A DNA stretch of 64,000 nucleotides, from the NCBI GenBank assembly GCA_023386555.1, contig JAEWJK010000013.1:108193-172192 (forward strand), in the 5' to 3' direction. Positions within the stretch are counted from its first letter, which is position 1. Each line of letters starts with the position of its first letter. The position numbers and the translations under genes were made by a program. The notes beneath the pieces were generated by a model that saw only the letters and a program-made list of their open reading frames with translations, ran no database searches and was not told where the DNA came from. Of this stretch, positions 29,256 through 39,086 are shown piece by piece. The DNA comes from Bacteroidota bacterium. GTDB taxonomy: Bacteria; Bacteroidota; Bacteroidia; Chitinophagales; Chitinophagaceae.

Positions 29256-30302
29256 ATGAGAAAGATATTGTTTGCTGTTTTATTTATCCTACCACTTTTC
29301 AGCCTTAGTCAGAAAAGCTTTAAAGTTTCTATGATCGGTTTTTATAACCTCGAGAATCTTTATGATACAGTTGATAATCCAATCAAGAACGATAACGAGT
29401 TTACACCTTCAGGTCCAAAGAATTACAATACGGCCATTTATAATGACAAGCTTGGTAAACTTGCTTCTGTTTTATCGCAAATAGGTACTGATGTTCCCGG
29501 AATTCCTAATCCTGATGGACTTGCTTTGATTGGTGTTTCCGAGATAGAAAACGATACAGTTTTGAATGATCTTGTCAGACATCCTTTGCTTATTAAACGA
29601 GGATACAAAATTGTTCATTACGATTCAAGAGACATTAGAGGTGTTGATGTAGGGCTTTTATATAATCCCAAATATTTTACAGTTGAGGCGTCAGACAAGC
29701 TTTTCGTTCAATTGCCTGGTGGGAGTAAAGATGCTTATTTCACCAGGGACATTCTTTGGGTAAAAGGCAAGCTTGATGGAGAAACGATTCATCTTTATGT
29801 GAATCACTGGCCATCCAGATCAGGTGGCGAAGAAAGAAGTGCACCAGCAAGAGCTGCTGCTGCAACTGTTGCGAAAAATCATATCGACTCTATTGCAAAG
29901 GCAGATGGTGAACAGAAAGTAATCTTAATGGGTGATCTGAATGATGATCCAACAAGCCCCAGTATCACACAAGTTTTAAAAGCAAAAGGTAAAGCCAAGG
30001 ATGTAAGATCAGGTGGATTATTTAATCCATGGTGGGAATTGTATAAGAATGGAATTGGCACACTGGCTTACCAGGACAACTGGAATCTTTTTGATCAGAT
30101 TATCATTTCTCATCCTTGGTTGAATAAAGAACAGAAGGGATTTTTCTACCACAAGCAGTTTATTTTTAATAAAGAGTTTATGATGGAAAATCGGGGTAGA
30201 TACAAAGGTTATCCGATGAGAACCTGGGACGGTAATACTTACAGAGGTGGATATAGTGATCACTTTCCTACATTTTTGGTATTACTAAAAAGAGTAGATT
30301 AA
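29256..30302 (+). CDS. Endonuclease/exonuclease/phosphatase (EEP) family secreted protein
   Basis: 348 aa with a signal peptide. FYNLENL, HLYVNHWPSR, LMGDLND and SDHFP motifs. Confidence 0.8.
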   Translation: MRKILFAVLFILPLFSLSQKSFKVSMIGFYNLENLYDTVDNPIKNDNEFTPSGPKNYNTAIYNDKLGKLASVLSQIGTDVPGIPNPDGLALIGVSEIENDTVLNDLVRHPLLIKRGYKIVHYDSRDIRGVDVGLLYNPKYFTVEASDKLFVQLPGGSKDAYFTRDILWVKGKLDGETIHLYVNHWPSRSGGEERSAPARAAAATVAKNHIDSIAKADGEQKVILMGDLNDDPTSPSITQVLKAKGKAKDVRSGGLFNPWWELYKNGIGTLAYQDNWNLFDQIIISHPWLNKEQKGFFYHKQFIFNKEFMMENRGRYKGYPMRTWDGNTYRGGYSDHFPTFLVLLKRVD

Positions 30303-30322
30303 ACTCTAGAATATTATTAAGG

Positions 30323-30346
30323 CCTGTTTCACAACAGGTTTTTTTA
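30323..30346 (+). terminator. Rho-independent terminator
   Basis: Stem cctgtt / aacagg, loop tcac, then T8. Confidence 0.7.
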
Positions 30347-30397
30347 TAGGCTGATAATTTCATTTCTCTTGTTTTGCCAGCAGAATTATCTTTGCAC

Positions 30398-31897
30398 ATG
30401 GCAACAAACTCCAATTCTCCCCGAAACAAGGCTGTTATTGAAAGATTTTTTGGTGAAGGGTTAACCTTCGATGATGTATTATTAATGCCAGCCTTTAGCC
30501 AGGTATTACCAAGAGAAGTAAGTATTCAAACCAATCTTACAAAGTCAATCAAGCTTAATATTCCGATGCTGTCTGCAGCTATGGATACAGTTACCGAAGC
30601 CAATCTTGCAATTGCATTGGCAAGAGAAGGTGGACTTGGAATCTTACATAAGAACATGAGTATAGAAAGGCAAGCTGACCATGTTCGTAAAGTAAAACGA
30701 AGTGAAAGCGGATTGATCTTAGATCCGGTTACATTAAATGCAGATGCAACAATCGGAGATGCTCAGCGAATTATGAGAGAGAACCGGATTGGCGGTATTC
30801 CTATTATAGATAATAATAAAAAACTTGTCGGCATACTTACCAATAGAGACTTGCGATTTGAAACTGATGTTAAGAAGAAGGTTAGCAAGGTGATGACCCA
30901 AGACAAATTGATTACGGCACCACAGGGTACGGATATGAAGAAGGCTGAAAAAATTCTTCAGCAATATAAAATCGAGAAGTTACCTGTTGTAGATAAAAAA
31001 GGAAAGTTGATTGGTCTTATTACTTATCGTGACATTCTACAGCTTCGGAATTTTCCTAATGCAGTTAAAGATGAATTCGGACGATTATTAGTTGGAGCTG
31101 CTTTAGGTATCACATCAGATATTAACGAACGAGCTGCTGCATTGCAAAGTGTAGGAGTGGATATTGTTTCACTCGACAGTGCTCATGGTCATAGTAAAGG
31201 TGTAATTGATGCATTAAAGAATTTAAAAAAGAATTTCAAAGGTCTACAGGTTATTGCCGGAAACGTGGGTACAGCTGCAGGTGCAAAAGCTTTGGCCGAT
31301 GCAGGTGCAGATGCAGTAAAAGTTGGTATTGGACCAGGTTCTATTTGTACAACAAGAATTGTTGCCGGTGCCGGTATACCTCAAATCACTGCAATTATGG
31401 AAGCTGCAAGTGTTTTGAAAGCTAGAAATATTCCTGTGATAGGTGATGGTGGTATTCGTTATACCGGAGATATGGTTAAAGCACTTGCTGCAGGTGCAGA
31501 TGTAGTGATGATGGGAAGCATCTTTGCAGGAACAGAAGAAAGTCCAGGTGAAACAATCATTTATGAAGGAAGAAAGTTTAAAGAGTATCGGGGTATGGGC
31601 TCTTTGGGTGCTATGGTACAAGGAAGTGGTGATCGTTATTTCCAGGATGTAGAGGCTGATGTTAAAAAATATGTACCGGAAGGGATTGAGGGTCGTGTAG
31701 CTTATAAAGGACATGTTTCAGAGATCGTTTATCAATATACCGGAGGTTTGAGAGCAGGAATGGGTTATAGTGGTGCAAAAGATATTAAGACTTTACAGCA
31801 GGCAACTTTCATCAAGATCACGAATGCAGGTATTACAGAGAGTCATGCACATGATATTGATATAACAAGAGAAGCACCGAATTACAGTAGAAAATAG
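30398..31897 (+). CDS. guaB: IMP dehydrogenase
   Basis: ORF 30374..31897 has a TTG start; ATG at 30398. [11 protein letters not shown], tandem CBS domains, the [11 protein letters not shown] catalytic loop and GGIRYTGD. Confidence 0.95.
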   Translation: MATNSNSPRNKAVIERFFGEGLTFDDVLLMPAFSQVLPREVSIQTNLTKSIKLNIPMLSAAMDTVTEANLAIALAREGGLGILHKNMSIERQADHVRKVKRSESGLILDPVTLNADATIGDAQRIMRENRIGGIPIIDNNKKLVGILTNRDLRFETDVKKKVSKVMTQDKLITAPQGTDMKKAEKILQQYKIEKLPVVDKKGKLIGLITYRDILQLRNFPNAVKDEFGRLLVGAALGITSDINERAAALQSVGVDIVSLDSAHGHSKGVIDALKNLKKNFKGLQVIAGNVGTAAGAKALADAGADAVKVGIGPGSICTTRIVAGAGIPQITAIMEAASVLKARNIPVIGDGGIRYTGDMVKALAAGADVVMMGSIFAGTEESPGETIIYEGRKFKEYRGMGSLGAMVQGSGDRYFQDVEADVKKYVPEGIEGRVAYKGHVSEIVYQYTGGLRAGMGYSGAKDIKTLQQATFIKITNAGITESHAHDIDITREAPNYSRK

Positions 31898-31958
31898 TAA
31901 TTGGGAATTAGGGATTTGTAATTAGATATTTGGGTGACAAGCGATAGTAATTTAAGTA

Positions 31959-31986
31959 AGCTTCGTTGTGTCACTCACTTGTACTG
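31959..31986 (+). repeat. Dispersed intergenic repeat, copy 7 (type A)
   Basis: agcttcgttgtgtcactcacttgtactg. Confidence 0.8.
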
Positions 31987-32071
31987 ATAAAACCTTATTC
32001 ATCAATTCTAATCAACCTTGCACATAAAATTGGAGTCTTAATTTTTATTGGGGTCTTTGCGTGACAAAATT

Positions 32072-33172
32072 CTAATTCAACCGATATAATTTTCCCGGCA
32101 AAGAAGCAATTACATTCTGTAGTTCAAGATTTAGGATCGCTGCAGCAACAGAACTGCTACTTAAACTGCTTTTTAAATGTAATTCATCAATACTAACCGA
32201 TTCTTTATCTTTTAGAAGATCAACAATCACTTTTTCATCATCACTCAGGTCGATAAACAATTCCCTTGTTCTTTTCGTTTTTGTTTTGGCTTTTTCTTCC
32301 CAGCCAATAGCCTGTAATAATTGGGGTACATCCAAAAACAAAATGGCTTTGTTCTGTTGTATCAACTTTAAACAGCCACTGCTTTTTGTATCTAAAATTT
32401 TTCCCGGAACCGCAAAAAGATCACGATTGTAATTATAAGCCAACTCAGCAGTGATCATACTTCCGCCTTTTACCTGTGTTTCCACTACAATAGTAGCATC
32501 GGCCATACCGGCTACAATTCTATTTCTCTTAGGAAAATTATGTTTATCCGGTTTTGTATTACTGACGAACTCTGTTAACAATCCTCCATTAAGTAAAAGA
32601 TCTTTTGCTAATGGTTTATGTTGTAAGGGATAAATCGTATCAAGTCCATGAGCCAATACTCCAACTGTAGGAAGATTATTGATTACTGCAGATTTATGAG
32701 CAATAGCATCTATTCCAAAAGCAAGACCACTAACAATTAAAACATTCAACTCGGCTAATCCTTGTACAATCGATTCGGTTATTTGTTTGCCATAATCAGT
32801 ATTATTTCTTGTGCCGATAATACTGATCACTTTTGTATTGTTAAGATCAGCATTACCACGATAATACAATAGGGTAGGAGGATCATAGCAATGCAATAAT
32901 CGTTTGGGATAATCATCGTCGCTCAGAAACAAAGGTTTGATACGATGCTTTTCTGTAAATTTTATTTCATTTTCTGCAGATGTAAAATCATCAAAACTTT
33001 TAATTGATCTTGCTTTGATTTCTCCGATACCTTCAACGGCTGCCAGATCTTTTTTCTTTGCATTGAAAACAGATGTAGCATCCCCAAAATGCTCAATTAA
33101 ATTCTTTGCGTGTACAGCACCAATGTTGGGGACACTGGTTAAAGCAATTTGATATAAGAGATCAGAGTTCAT
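32072..33172 (-). CDS. dprA: DNA-processing protein DprA
   Basis: 366 aa. ISIIGTR..T.YG........L.......IVSGLA.GID..AH..A......T.GVLA.GLD.IYP, plus a C-terminal winged-helix-like tail. Confidence 0.9.
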   Translation of the reverse strand: MNSDLLYQIALTSVPNIGAVHAKNLIEHFGDATSVFNAKKKDLAAVEGIGEIKARSIKSFDDFTSAENEIKFTEKHRIKPLFLSDDDYPKRLLHCYDPPTLLYYRGNADLNNTKVISIIGTRNNTDYGKQITESIVQGLAELNVLIVSGLAFGIDAIAHKSAVINNLPTVGVLAHGLDTIYPLQHKPLAKDLLLNGGLLTEFVSNTKPDKHNFPKRNRIVAGMADATIVVETQVKGGSMITAELAYNYNRDLFAVPGKILDTKSSGCLKLIQQNKAILFLDVPQLLQAIGWEEKAKTKTKRTRELFIDLSDDEKVIVDLLKDKESVSIDELHLKSSLSSSSVAAAILNLELQNVIASLPGKLYRLN

Positions 33173-33189
33173 TGACTTGAAGATAAAAA

Positions 33190-33405
33190 TTATCGTTCAA
33201 AGTCTGTGGGTTGCAAATTACTTTGTCTGCATATTGAACGAAAAGTTCCTATAGGTATTTCTTTTCTATCTGCAGGTACAATAGTAGTTAAAGTTGGATT
33301 TCCGCTTTTTCTGAGTTTAATATGACTTCCTTTTTGAGAGACTTCTTCAAATCCATGTTGCAGGAGAATGCGAATAATGTGATACGATGAATAAAGCTTA
33401 GGCAT
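33190..33405 (-). CDS. hicA: HicA-family mRNA interferase toxin
   Basis: 71 aa. LLQHGFEEVSQKGSHIKLRK......T.VP....EIP.GT...I is the HicA/YcfA pattern. Confidence 0.85.
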   Translation of the reverse strand: MPKLYSSYHIIRILLQHGFEEVSQKGSHIKLRKSGNPTLTTIVPADRKEIPIGTFRSICRQSNLQPTDFER

Positions 33406-33613
33406 TTATTTTAGTATGTACGATCTCAGGTTGTTCTATCGTAGTAAAGTTTAAGGGGTTTTCATCTTCATAATACAACTCCAATGCTTCTTTCAAATTA
33501 GTCAACGCTTCTTCTTTAGAATCGCCAAAAGATGATACGTCCACATTCAAACATTGAGCAACAAAATGTTCACCTTCCTTCCAAATAACATTATCAAACG
33601 ATCTTGATTTCAT
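33398..33613 (-). CDS. hicB: HicB-like antitoxin (short form, no DNA-binding domain)
   Basis: 71 aa. WKEGEHFVAQCLNVDVSSFGDSKEEALTNLKEALELY is the HicB N-terminal fold pattern. 8-nt overlap (ATGCCTAA) with hicA. Confidence 0.7.
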   Translation of the reverse strand: MKSRSFDNVIWKEGEHFVAQCLNVDVSSFGDSKEEALTNLKEALELYYEDENPLNFTTIEQPEIVHTKINA

Positions 33614-33632
33614 ATCTCTAATTTACTACAAT

Positions 33633-35543
33633 TTACATACCCACAATTGTAAACTCGGTCCTTCTATTCTTCGCCCTGCCTTCTTCGGTTTTATTATCTG
33701 CAACAGGTTTGGTTTCACCAAATCCATTCCATGTTAATCTTTTTGGATCAATGCCTTTGCTTATCAAGTAATCAGCTACAGCTTTTGCACGATTATTTGA
33801 AAGTTTTAAATTATCTGCAGGTGCACCAATATTATCTGTATGTCCACTCACCAGCACTTTTATTTGCGGATTTTCATTTAGCAATTGCAGTAATTTATCC
33901 AGCTCAACCAGGCTAACATCTTTCAATGTTGATGAGTTGGTTTCGAATTGCACATTCTTAAATGTGATTGATGCATTCATCTCAATCGGCTGAAGTGGAA
34001 TGTCCATTTTATAAGTACTGTCAGATCTTTCTTTACTTAGTTCGTATAGCTTGCTGAAAAATAAATATCCCTGCCTGTTCACGGCAAACGTATAATCATT
34101 TCCTACAGGAAGGGTAATGAAGTAAAACCCTGTTTCATCTGTCTGCACTTTTGTCCTGGCTGTATTTGTATTGTTATCAATCAACTCAACGGAAGATGGC
34201 AAACCTTTTTTCGTTTTTGCATCATACACATAGCCCTGAACATATAATGTTCTTGCCGGACGAACATCTTCTCGCAACTCAAATTTGTAAAGATCCAATC
34301 CACCACGGCTATCTGTTCTGTCGCTGGAATAATAAGCTGTTTTACCATCGGCAGCAACAAATAATCCACCTTCATCATCAATTGTATTAATTGGATATCC
34401 AAGATTTCTTGGTGCACCCCATTTACCTGTACGATGATCTTTCTTCATCATATACAGGTCAGTTCCACCATAACCTAATAAGCCATCAGAGGTAAAATAC
34501 AATGTTTCATTATCGGCATGAATGAAAGGAGCAATTTCACCGCCAGGACTATTTACTTGTGGCCCCATATTTTGTGCTGGTGACCATCCTTTATTGGTTC
34601 TGTGACTTACATAAATATCGCCTTGTCCATAGCCACCATATCTTGTACTGCTGAAGTACAACGTTTTTTTATCAGGACTTAAACTCGGAGAACTTTCCCA
34701 GGCTTCTGTATTAATATTCTCGCCGAGATTTTCCGGTTCGCTCCAACCTTGAGGTGTCCAGTAAGAAATATAAAGATCATAACCACCATAGCCACGAGGA
34801 CCATAATCAGCAGCAAAAATCAGCCACTCACCATCCTGCGAAATATGTAAAGCACCTTTGTAAGGTTCATCATTTAATTCACCATCCAGCAACTTTGCTT
34901 TACTGTATGATTTATCATTCATGGTGCTGGCAAAGAAATCTTCACGAACATTTGCTCCCCGACGAGTAAACACAAGAATGCTATCATTTATAGTAATGGA
35001 AGGGTAATATTCAAGTTGGCTACTATTAATGCTATCTCCTAAATTCTCCGGAGCAAAAACATAATTACCCGATGGATATTTTAATGCCTGATCTAATGCA
35101 AACTGGTAAGTTCTTTTTCTGAAATTTCCTTGTGCAATAGCTCGTTGACCAAGTTTTGGAATGACCAGATATTTATTCACCGAGTTTAAAGCATCGCTAA
35201 ATCTTCCAACACCGGCAAGACTTGTCGAGTATTGCAGATAAGATGTTTTAAAAACCGTTGAATCTTTTGATAGCCCACTTTCAAATTGGATAATTGCATT
35301 AGGATAATCTTTCAACTCATTGTATAAAGTAGCAAGATCAAGAATAGCATCAACAAAATTTGCATCAATAGATATTGCCTGTTTAAAAAGGCTTACCGCT
35401 TTTTTCAGATCGCCATCACGATAACTGGTTAAACCTTCTTCATGTAATTTTTTTGCTTTCGCATTCACTTTTGCAGGATCATACGTTTGAGCGACAACAT
35501 TAAAAGCAATAAAAAGCAAAATGAATGGCAAAATTCTTTTCAT
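33633..35543 (-). CDS. OmpA-family protein with TPR, TolB-like WD40 repeats and CarboxypepD_reg-like domains
   Basis: 636 aa. Signal peptide, N-terminal TPR, repeated E..P.....G..L.F.S.R.GG.G..D.Y blocks, and a C-terminal OmpA domain (VSGHTDNIG....N..LS..RA.AV..YL...GI...R......GE..P.....T.EGRA.NRRTEF). Confidence 0.85.
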   Translation of the reverse strand: MKRILPFILLFIAFNVVAQTYDPAKVNAKAKKLHEEGLTSYRDGDLKKAVSLFKQAISIDANFVDAILDLATLYNELKDYPNAIIQFESGLSKDSTVFKTSYLQYSTSLAGVGRFSDALNSVNKYLVIPKLGQRAIAQGNFRKRTYQFALDQALKYPSGNYVFAPENLGDSINSSQLEYYPSITINDSILVFTRRGANVREDFFASTMNDKSYSKAKLLDGELNDEPYKGALHISQDGEWLIFAADYGPRGYGGYDLYISYWTPQGWSEPENLGENINTEAWESSPSLSPDKKTLYFSSTRYGGYGQGDIYVSHRTNKGWSPAQNMGPQVNSPGGEIAPFIHADNETLYFTSDGLLGYGGTDLYMMKKDHRTGKWGAPRNLGYPINTIDDEGGLFVAADGKTAYYSSDRTDSRGGLDLYKFELREDVRPARTLYVQGYVYDAKTKKGLPSSVELIDNNTNTARTKVQTDETGFYFITLPVGNDYTFAVNRQGYLFFSKLYELSKERSDSTYKMDIPLQPIEMNASITFKNVQFETNSSTLKDVSLVELDKLLQLLNENPQIKVLVSGHTDNIGAPADNLKLSNNRAKAVADYLISKGIDPKRLTWNGFGETKPVADNKTEEGRAKNRRTEFTIVGM

Positions 35544-35618
35544 AGATGCCGAAAGTTCGTTTAAAACATCTGAATATTGATGTTAAAAACGTTTGTTATA
35601 CCAGCTTTAGTGTTTCAT

Positions 35619-35655
35619 AGCATCTTCGTTGCGTCGCAAGCACTTCAGGTTTCTG
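35619..35655 (+). repeat. Dispersed intergenic repeat, copy 8 (type B variant)
   Basis: agcatcttcgttgcgtcgcaagcacttcaggtttctg. Confidence 0.7.
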
Positions 35656-35676
35656 TTATAATGGCGTCAAGCTCAA

Positions 35677-36312
35677 CTAAGGAACATTGATATACTTATG
35701 GATCTGTAAACTCAGCTCCCACTTAGGGTTGGACTTGATATAATCTACGATTAATGGAGTCATCATATCAGCTTTACTCCACTCAGGTTGCAGGTAAAGT
35801 TTACATTCCGGTGAAGTTGCCGCAGCATGTTCTTCAGCCCAGTTAAAATCATCTTTATTGTAAATGATAACCTTCAACTCATTTGCTTTTTTCAATACTT
35901 CAGGTAAAGGGGCTTTAAATTTTTTGGGTGATAAGCAAATCCAATCCCATTCACCTGACAAAGGAGATGAGCCTGAGGTTTCAATATTGGTTTCAAATCC
36001 TGCTGAATGTAACTGATGAGTTAGTTCATCAAGATTATGCATCAAAGGTTCTCCACCAGTAATAACAGCAATCACCTTATTATTTCCTGAATCTTGTTTT
36101 GCTTTCGAAATAATTTCCTCAATACTAAATTTTGGATGAGCATCAGCATCCCAACTTTCTTTCACATCACACCAGAAACATCCAACATCACATCCACCTA
36201 AACGAATAAAATATGCAGCTTTACCCTGGTGAAAACCTTCACCTTGTATAGTATAAAAAGCTTCCATCACAGGAAGCTTCAATTCAACTGATGTATGGTT
36301 GTTATCAAACAT
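35677..36312 (-). CDS. queE: 7-carboxy-7-deazaguanine synthase (radical SAM)
   Basis: 211 aa. FYTIQGEG...G.AAYFIRLGGCDVGCFWCD cluster motif. The start codon shares one base with the folD stop (TAATG). Confidence 0.85.
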   Translation of the reverse strand: MFDNNHTSVELKLPVMEAFYTIQGEGFHQGKAAYFIRLGGCDVGCFWCDVKESWDADAHPKFSIEEIISKAKQDSGNNKVIAVITGGEPLMHNLDELTHQLHSAGFETNIETSGSSPLSGEWDWICLSPKKFKAPLPEVLKKANELKVIIYNKDDFNWAEEHAAATSPECKLYLQPEWSKADMMTPLIVDYIKSNPKWELSLQIHKYINVP

Positions 36313-37187
36313 TAATTTTTCGTCCTGTTTAAATAAGCCTGCATTGTATTTTTTAACAAGCCGGCAATCGTCATCAATCCGACACCACCAGGCACCGGTG
36401 TTATTGCTGATGCTTTGGTTGCAACTTCTTCGTATGCCACATCACCTTTAATGCGATATCCTTTTGTTGCAGTTGCATCTTCTACTCTTGTGATGCCAAC
36501 ATCAATTACCACTGCACCTTCTTTAACCATATTTGCCTTTACGAAACCTGGTTTACCTAAAGCTGCCACAATAATATCAGCCTGAAGACAAATTTCTTCA
36601 AGGTTTTTAGTGTGAGAATGGCAAAGGGTGACTGTACAATTCCCTTTTGGAAGATTACTACTTAAAAGAATACTCATTGGCCGGCCAACAATATTGCTTC
36701 TGCCAATAACCACAGCATGTTTGCCTTTGGTTTCTATATTGAAATGTTCCAGCATCAGCATTATTCCATAGGGCGTGGCTGGAATAAAAGTTTGTAAACC
36801 CTGAACCAATTTGCCCACATTGGATGGATGAAAACCATCAACATCCTTCAGCGGATCAATCGTTTCAATAACTTTTTGCTCATTTATATGTTTTGGAAGC
36901 GGAAGTTGAACAAGAATGCCGTCGATCTCTGCATTAGCATTTAGCTGGTGAATTTTTTCCAATAGTTCCTGCTCAGAAGTTTCCTTATCAAATCTTATTA
37001 AAGTGGACTCGAAGCCAATCTCTTCACAGGACCTCACCTTACTGGCCACATATGTTTCACTGGCACCATCATTACCTACTAAAACGGCAGCCAAATGTGG
37101 GTTTCTGCTATTTGTAAGCTGTTGAACCTGTTCCTTTAAACGAGATCTGATTGCAAGTGAAGCTTTTTTGCCGTCTAGAATAAGCAT
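36312..37187 (-). CDS. folD: Bifunctional methylenetetrahydrofolate dehydrogenase/cyclohydrolase
   Basis: ORF 36312..37214; start moved to the ATG at 37187 (MLILDGKKAS). YV.SK...C.E.G, GILVQLPLP, DVDGFHP, VVIGRSNIVGRPM and TPVPGGVG.MT. Confidence 0.95.
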   Translation of the reverse strand: MLILDGKKASLAIRSRLKEQVQQLTNSRNPHLAAVLVGNDGASETYVASKVRSCEEIGFESTLIRFDKETSEQELLEKIHQLNANAEIDGILVQLPLPKHINEQKVIETIDPLKDVDGFHPSNVGKLVQGLQTFIPATPYGIMLMLEHFNIETKGKHAVVIGRSNIVGRPMSILLSSNLPKGNCTVTLCHSHTKNLEEICLQADIIVAALGKPGFVKANMVKEGAVVIDVGITRVEDATATKGYRIKGDVAYEEVATKASAITPVPGGVGLMTIAGLLKNTMQAYLNRTKN

Positions 37188-37257
37188 GCGGCAAAGGTAT
37201 TTTATTACAGGCAAAAATCTTTTTTATTCCACACCTTTGTTGTCGGAATTTATAAGC

Positions 37258-37770
37258 ATGGAGTACACAAGTATTGGAAAAATCGTGGCAACTTTTGGTT
37301 TAAGCGGAGAAGTGATTTTAAAGCATGGCCTCGGTAAAAGAACAGCATTAAAAGATGTGAATGTAGTTTTTATCGAAGAGGTAAAAGACAGTTACATTCC
37401 CTGGTTTGTTGTTGAGTCGAAAGTAAAGACCGAAGATGAAATTTATTTGAAAGTGGAAGGTGTTAATAGCAAAGAATCTGCTCAACGGCTTACGCAAAAA
37501 AAGGTTTGGCTTAAGACTGAAGATTTCAGGAAACTAGCCGGTAAATCTTCTGCTATTGCATTGATCGGTTATTTATTGATCAATGAAGGAGAAGAACTTG
37601 CAAAGATCGAGGAAGTGATTGAACAACCTCACCAGGTTTTACTTCGGATTTCATTGGAAGGTAATGAAGCCCTTATTCCACTTCATGATGAAACACTGGA
37701 TAAAATAGATCATAAAAAACAGCAGGTTCATGTTACACTGCCAGATGGTTTATTGGATGTATATAGGTGA
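37258..37770 (+). CDS. rimM: Ribosome maturation factor RimM
   Basis: ORF 37168..37770; ATG at 37258 (MEYTSIGKIVATFGLSGEVILKH) is the typical RimM N-terminus, with a PRC barrel C-terminus. Confidence 0.85.
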   Translation: MEYTSIGKIVATFGLSGEVILKHGLGKRTALKDVNVVFIEEVKDSYIPWFVVESKVKTEDEIYLKVEGVNSKESAQRLTQKKVWLKTEDFRKLAGKSSAIALIGYLLINEGEELAKIEEVIEQPHQVLLRISLEGNEALIPLHDETLDKIDHKKQQVHVTLPDGLLDVYR

Positions 37771-37783
37771 TGTATTTGTTGCA

Positions 37784-37812
37784 GTTAAAGAGTGCGACGC
37801 AAGAAAAGCTTA
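37784..37812 (-). repeat. Dispersed intergenic repeat, copy 9 (type B)
   Basis: gttaaagagtgcgacgcaagaaaagctta; reverse complement is taagcttttcttgcgtcgcactctttaac. Confidence 0.75.
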
Positions 37813-37863
37813 ATTCTTATTCTGCACCCTGTCTCATAAAAATTAGTTTCTACCTTAGCTTTC

Positions 37864-39042
37864 TTGTCACATACTCAACGATATATTGCTCATTTTGATC
37901 TTGACTCTTTCTTTGTAAGTGTTGAGGTGTTGAACAATCCTTCACTTAAAGGCAAACCTGTAATTGTTGGCGGCAGCAGGGAAAGAGGTGTTGTAGCAGC
38001 ATGCAGTTATGAATCGAGAAAATTTGGAGTTCATTCGGCAATGCCAATGGCAACAGCGATGAAATTATGTCCGCATGCTGTTTTGGTAAGAGGTACAAGA
38101 GGAGAATACAGCCGATACTCCAGGTGGGTTACGGAAATCATTGCAGCAAAAGCTCCACGATTTGAAAAAGCTTCTATCGACGAGTTCTATATTGATCTTA
38201 CAGGAATGGATAAATTCTTTGATCCATTTCAATGGACAAAAGATCTGCGGCAAGAGATTATTGATGCTACGCAATTACCTATTTCATTTGCTTTAGCATC
38301 AAATAAGTTTGTTGCTAAAGTAGCTACTGACCAGGCAAAGCCGAATGGATATATTTTTATTCAGCCTGGAAAGGAGAAAGATTTTTTGGCTCCATTAACG
38401 GTCAATAAAATTCCGGGTGTTGGTGATGCTAGTTTCCAAGTATTAAAAGCTATGGGAATTGCAACAATAGGAGATATTCTTAAATTTTCTATTGAGGATT
38501 TAGAGCAGCAACTTGGCAAATGGGGTATTGATCTTTGGAATAAAGCACAAGGAATTCATTTTGGTGAAGTGCATGAATACCACGAAGCAAAATCTGTCTC
38601 CACTGAAAATACATTTCATGAAAATACCGGTGATATGGATTTTTTATTGAGTGAGTTGGTAAGGATGACAGAGAAAGTGGCTTTTGAATTGAGGCAGGAC
38701 GAAAAGTTAGCTGGTTGTATAGCAGTAAAGATCCGTTATCCCGATTTTGAAACCACATCAAAGCAGGTTTCGATTGATTACACTTTTCGGGATGATGAAT
38801 TGATAGCAGTTGCCAAAGATCTGTTCAATAAACTATATCGTAAAGGCAAGCCTGTTAGATTGCTGGGTGTAAGATTATCTGAACTTACCAATCATGCTAT
38901 GCAGGCGAATTTATTTGATGATGCAGAGAAGAAATCTAATCTCTACAAAGCAATCGACTCAGTCAAGAATAAGTATGGCAGAAACTCATTGATTAAGGCA
39001 AGAACAATTCGTAAGCAGGAAAATGAAGATAGTGAGGAATAA
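37864..39042 (+). CDS. dinB: DNA polymerase IV (Y-family)
   Basis: 392 aa. IAHFDLDSFFVSVE, SIDEFYIDLT and GVG motifs. Apparent TTG start; there is no in-frame ATG near the conserved N-terminus. Confidence 0.9.
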   Translation: MSHTQRYIAHFDLDSFFVSVEVLNNPSLKGKPVIVGGSRERGVVAACSYESRKFGVHSAMPMATAMKLCPHAVLVRGTRGEYSRYSRWVTEIIAAKAPRFEKASIDEFYIDLTGMDKFFDPFQWTKDLRQEIIDATQLPISFALASNKFVAKVATDQAKPNGYIFIQPGKEKDFLAPLTVNKIPGVGDASFQVLKAMGIATIGDILKFSIEDLEQQLGKWGIDLWNKAQGIHFGEVHEYHEAKSVSTENTFHENTGDMDFLLSELVRMTEKVAFELRQDEKLAGCIAVKIRYPDFETTSKQVSIDYTFRDDELIAVAKDLFNKLYRKGKPVRLLGVRLSELTNHAMQANLFDDAEKKSNLYKAIDSVKNKYGRNSLIKARTIRKQENEDSEE

Positions 39043-39068
39043 AAAAACTCCATCGAATGATGGAGTTT
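39041..39068 (-). terminator. Terminator, best on the minus strand and possibly bidirectional
   Basis: Stem actccatc / gatggagt, loop gaat. A7 on the plus-strand side gives U7 on the minus transcript. Confidence 0.65.
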
Positions 39069-39086
39069 GATATTCAGAATCGATAA

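Noticed and set aside
31244-31714. Long antisense ORFs inside well-supported genes (31244..31714 in guaB; 51302..51802, 51414..51695 and 52385..52711 in the fadB-like gene; 54298..54711 in metG; 14846..15232 in the TPM gene; 21171..21581 in the nucleotidyltransferase gene)
   Set aside because: Their low-complexity or Cys/Ser-rich translations have no recognisable motifs. They fully overlap genes with strong motif support, so they are typical shadow ORFs.
35677-37187. preQ1 or THF riboswitch upstream of queE or folD
   Set aside because: queE is translationally coupled to folD (TAATG), so it has no leader of its own. The folD upstream spacer is about 70 nt, is shared with divergent rimM, and shows no recognisable riboswitch structure.
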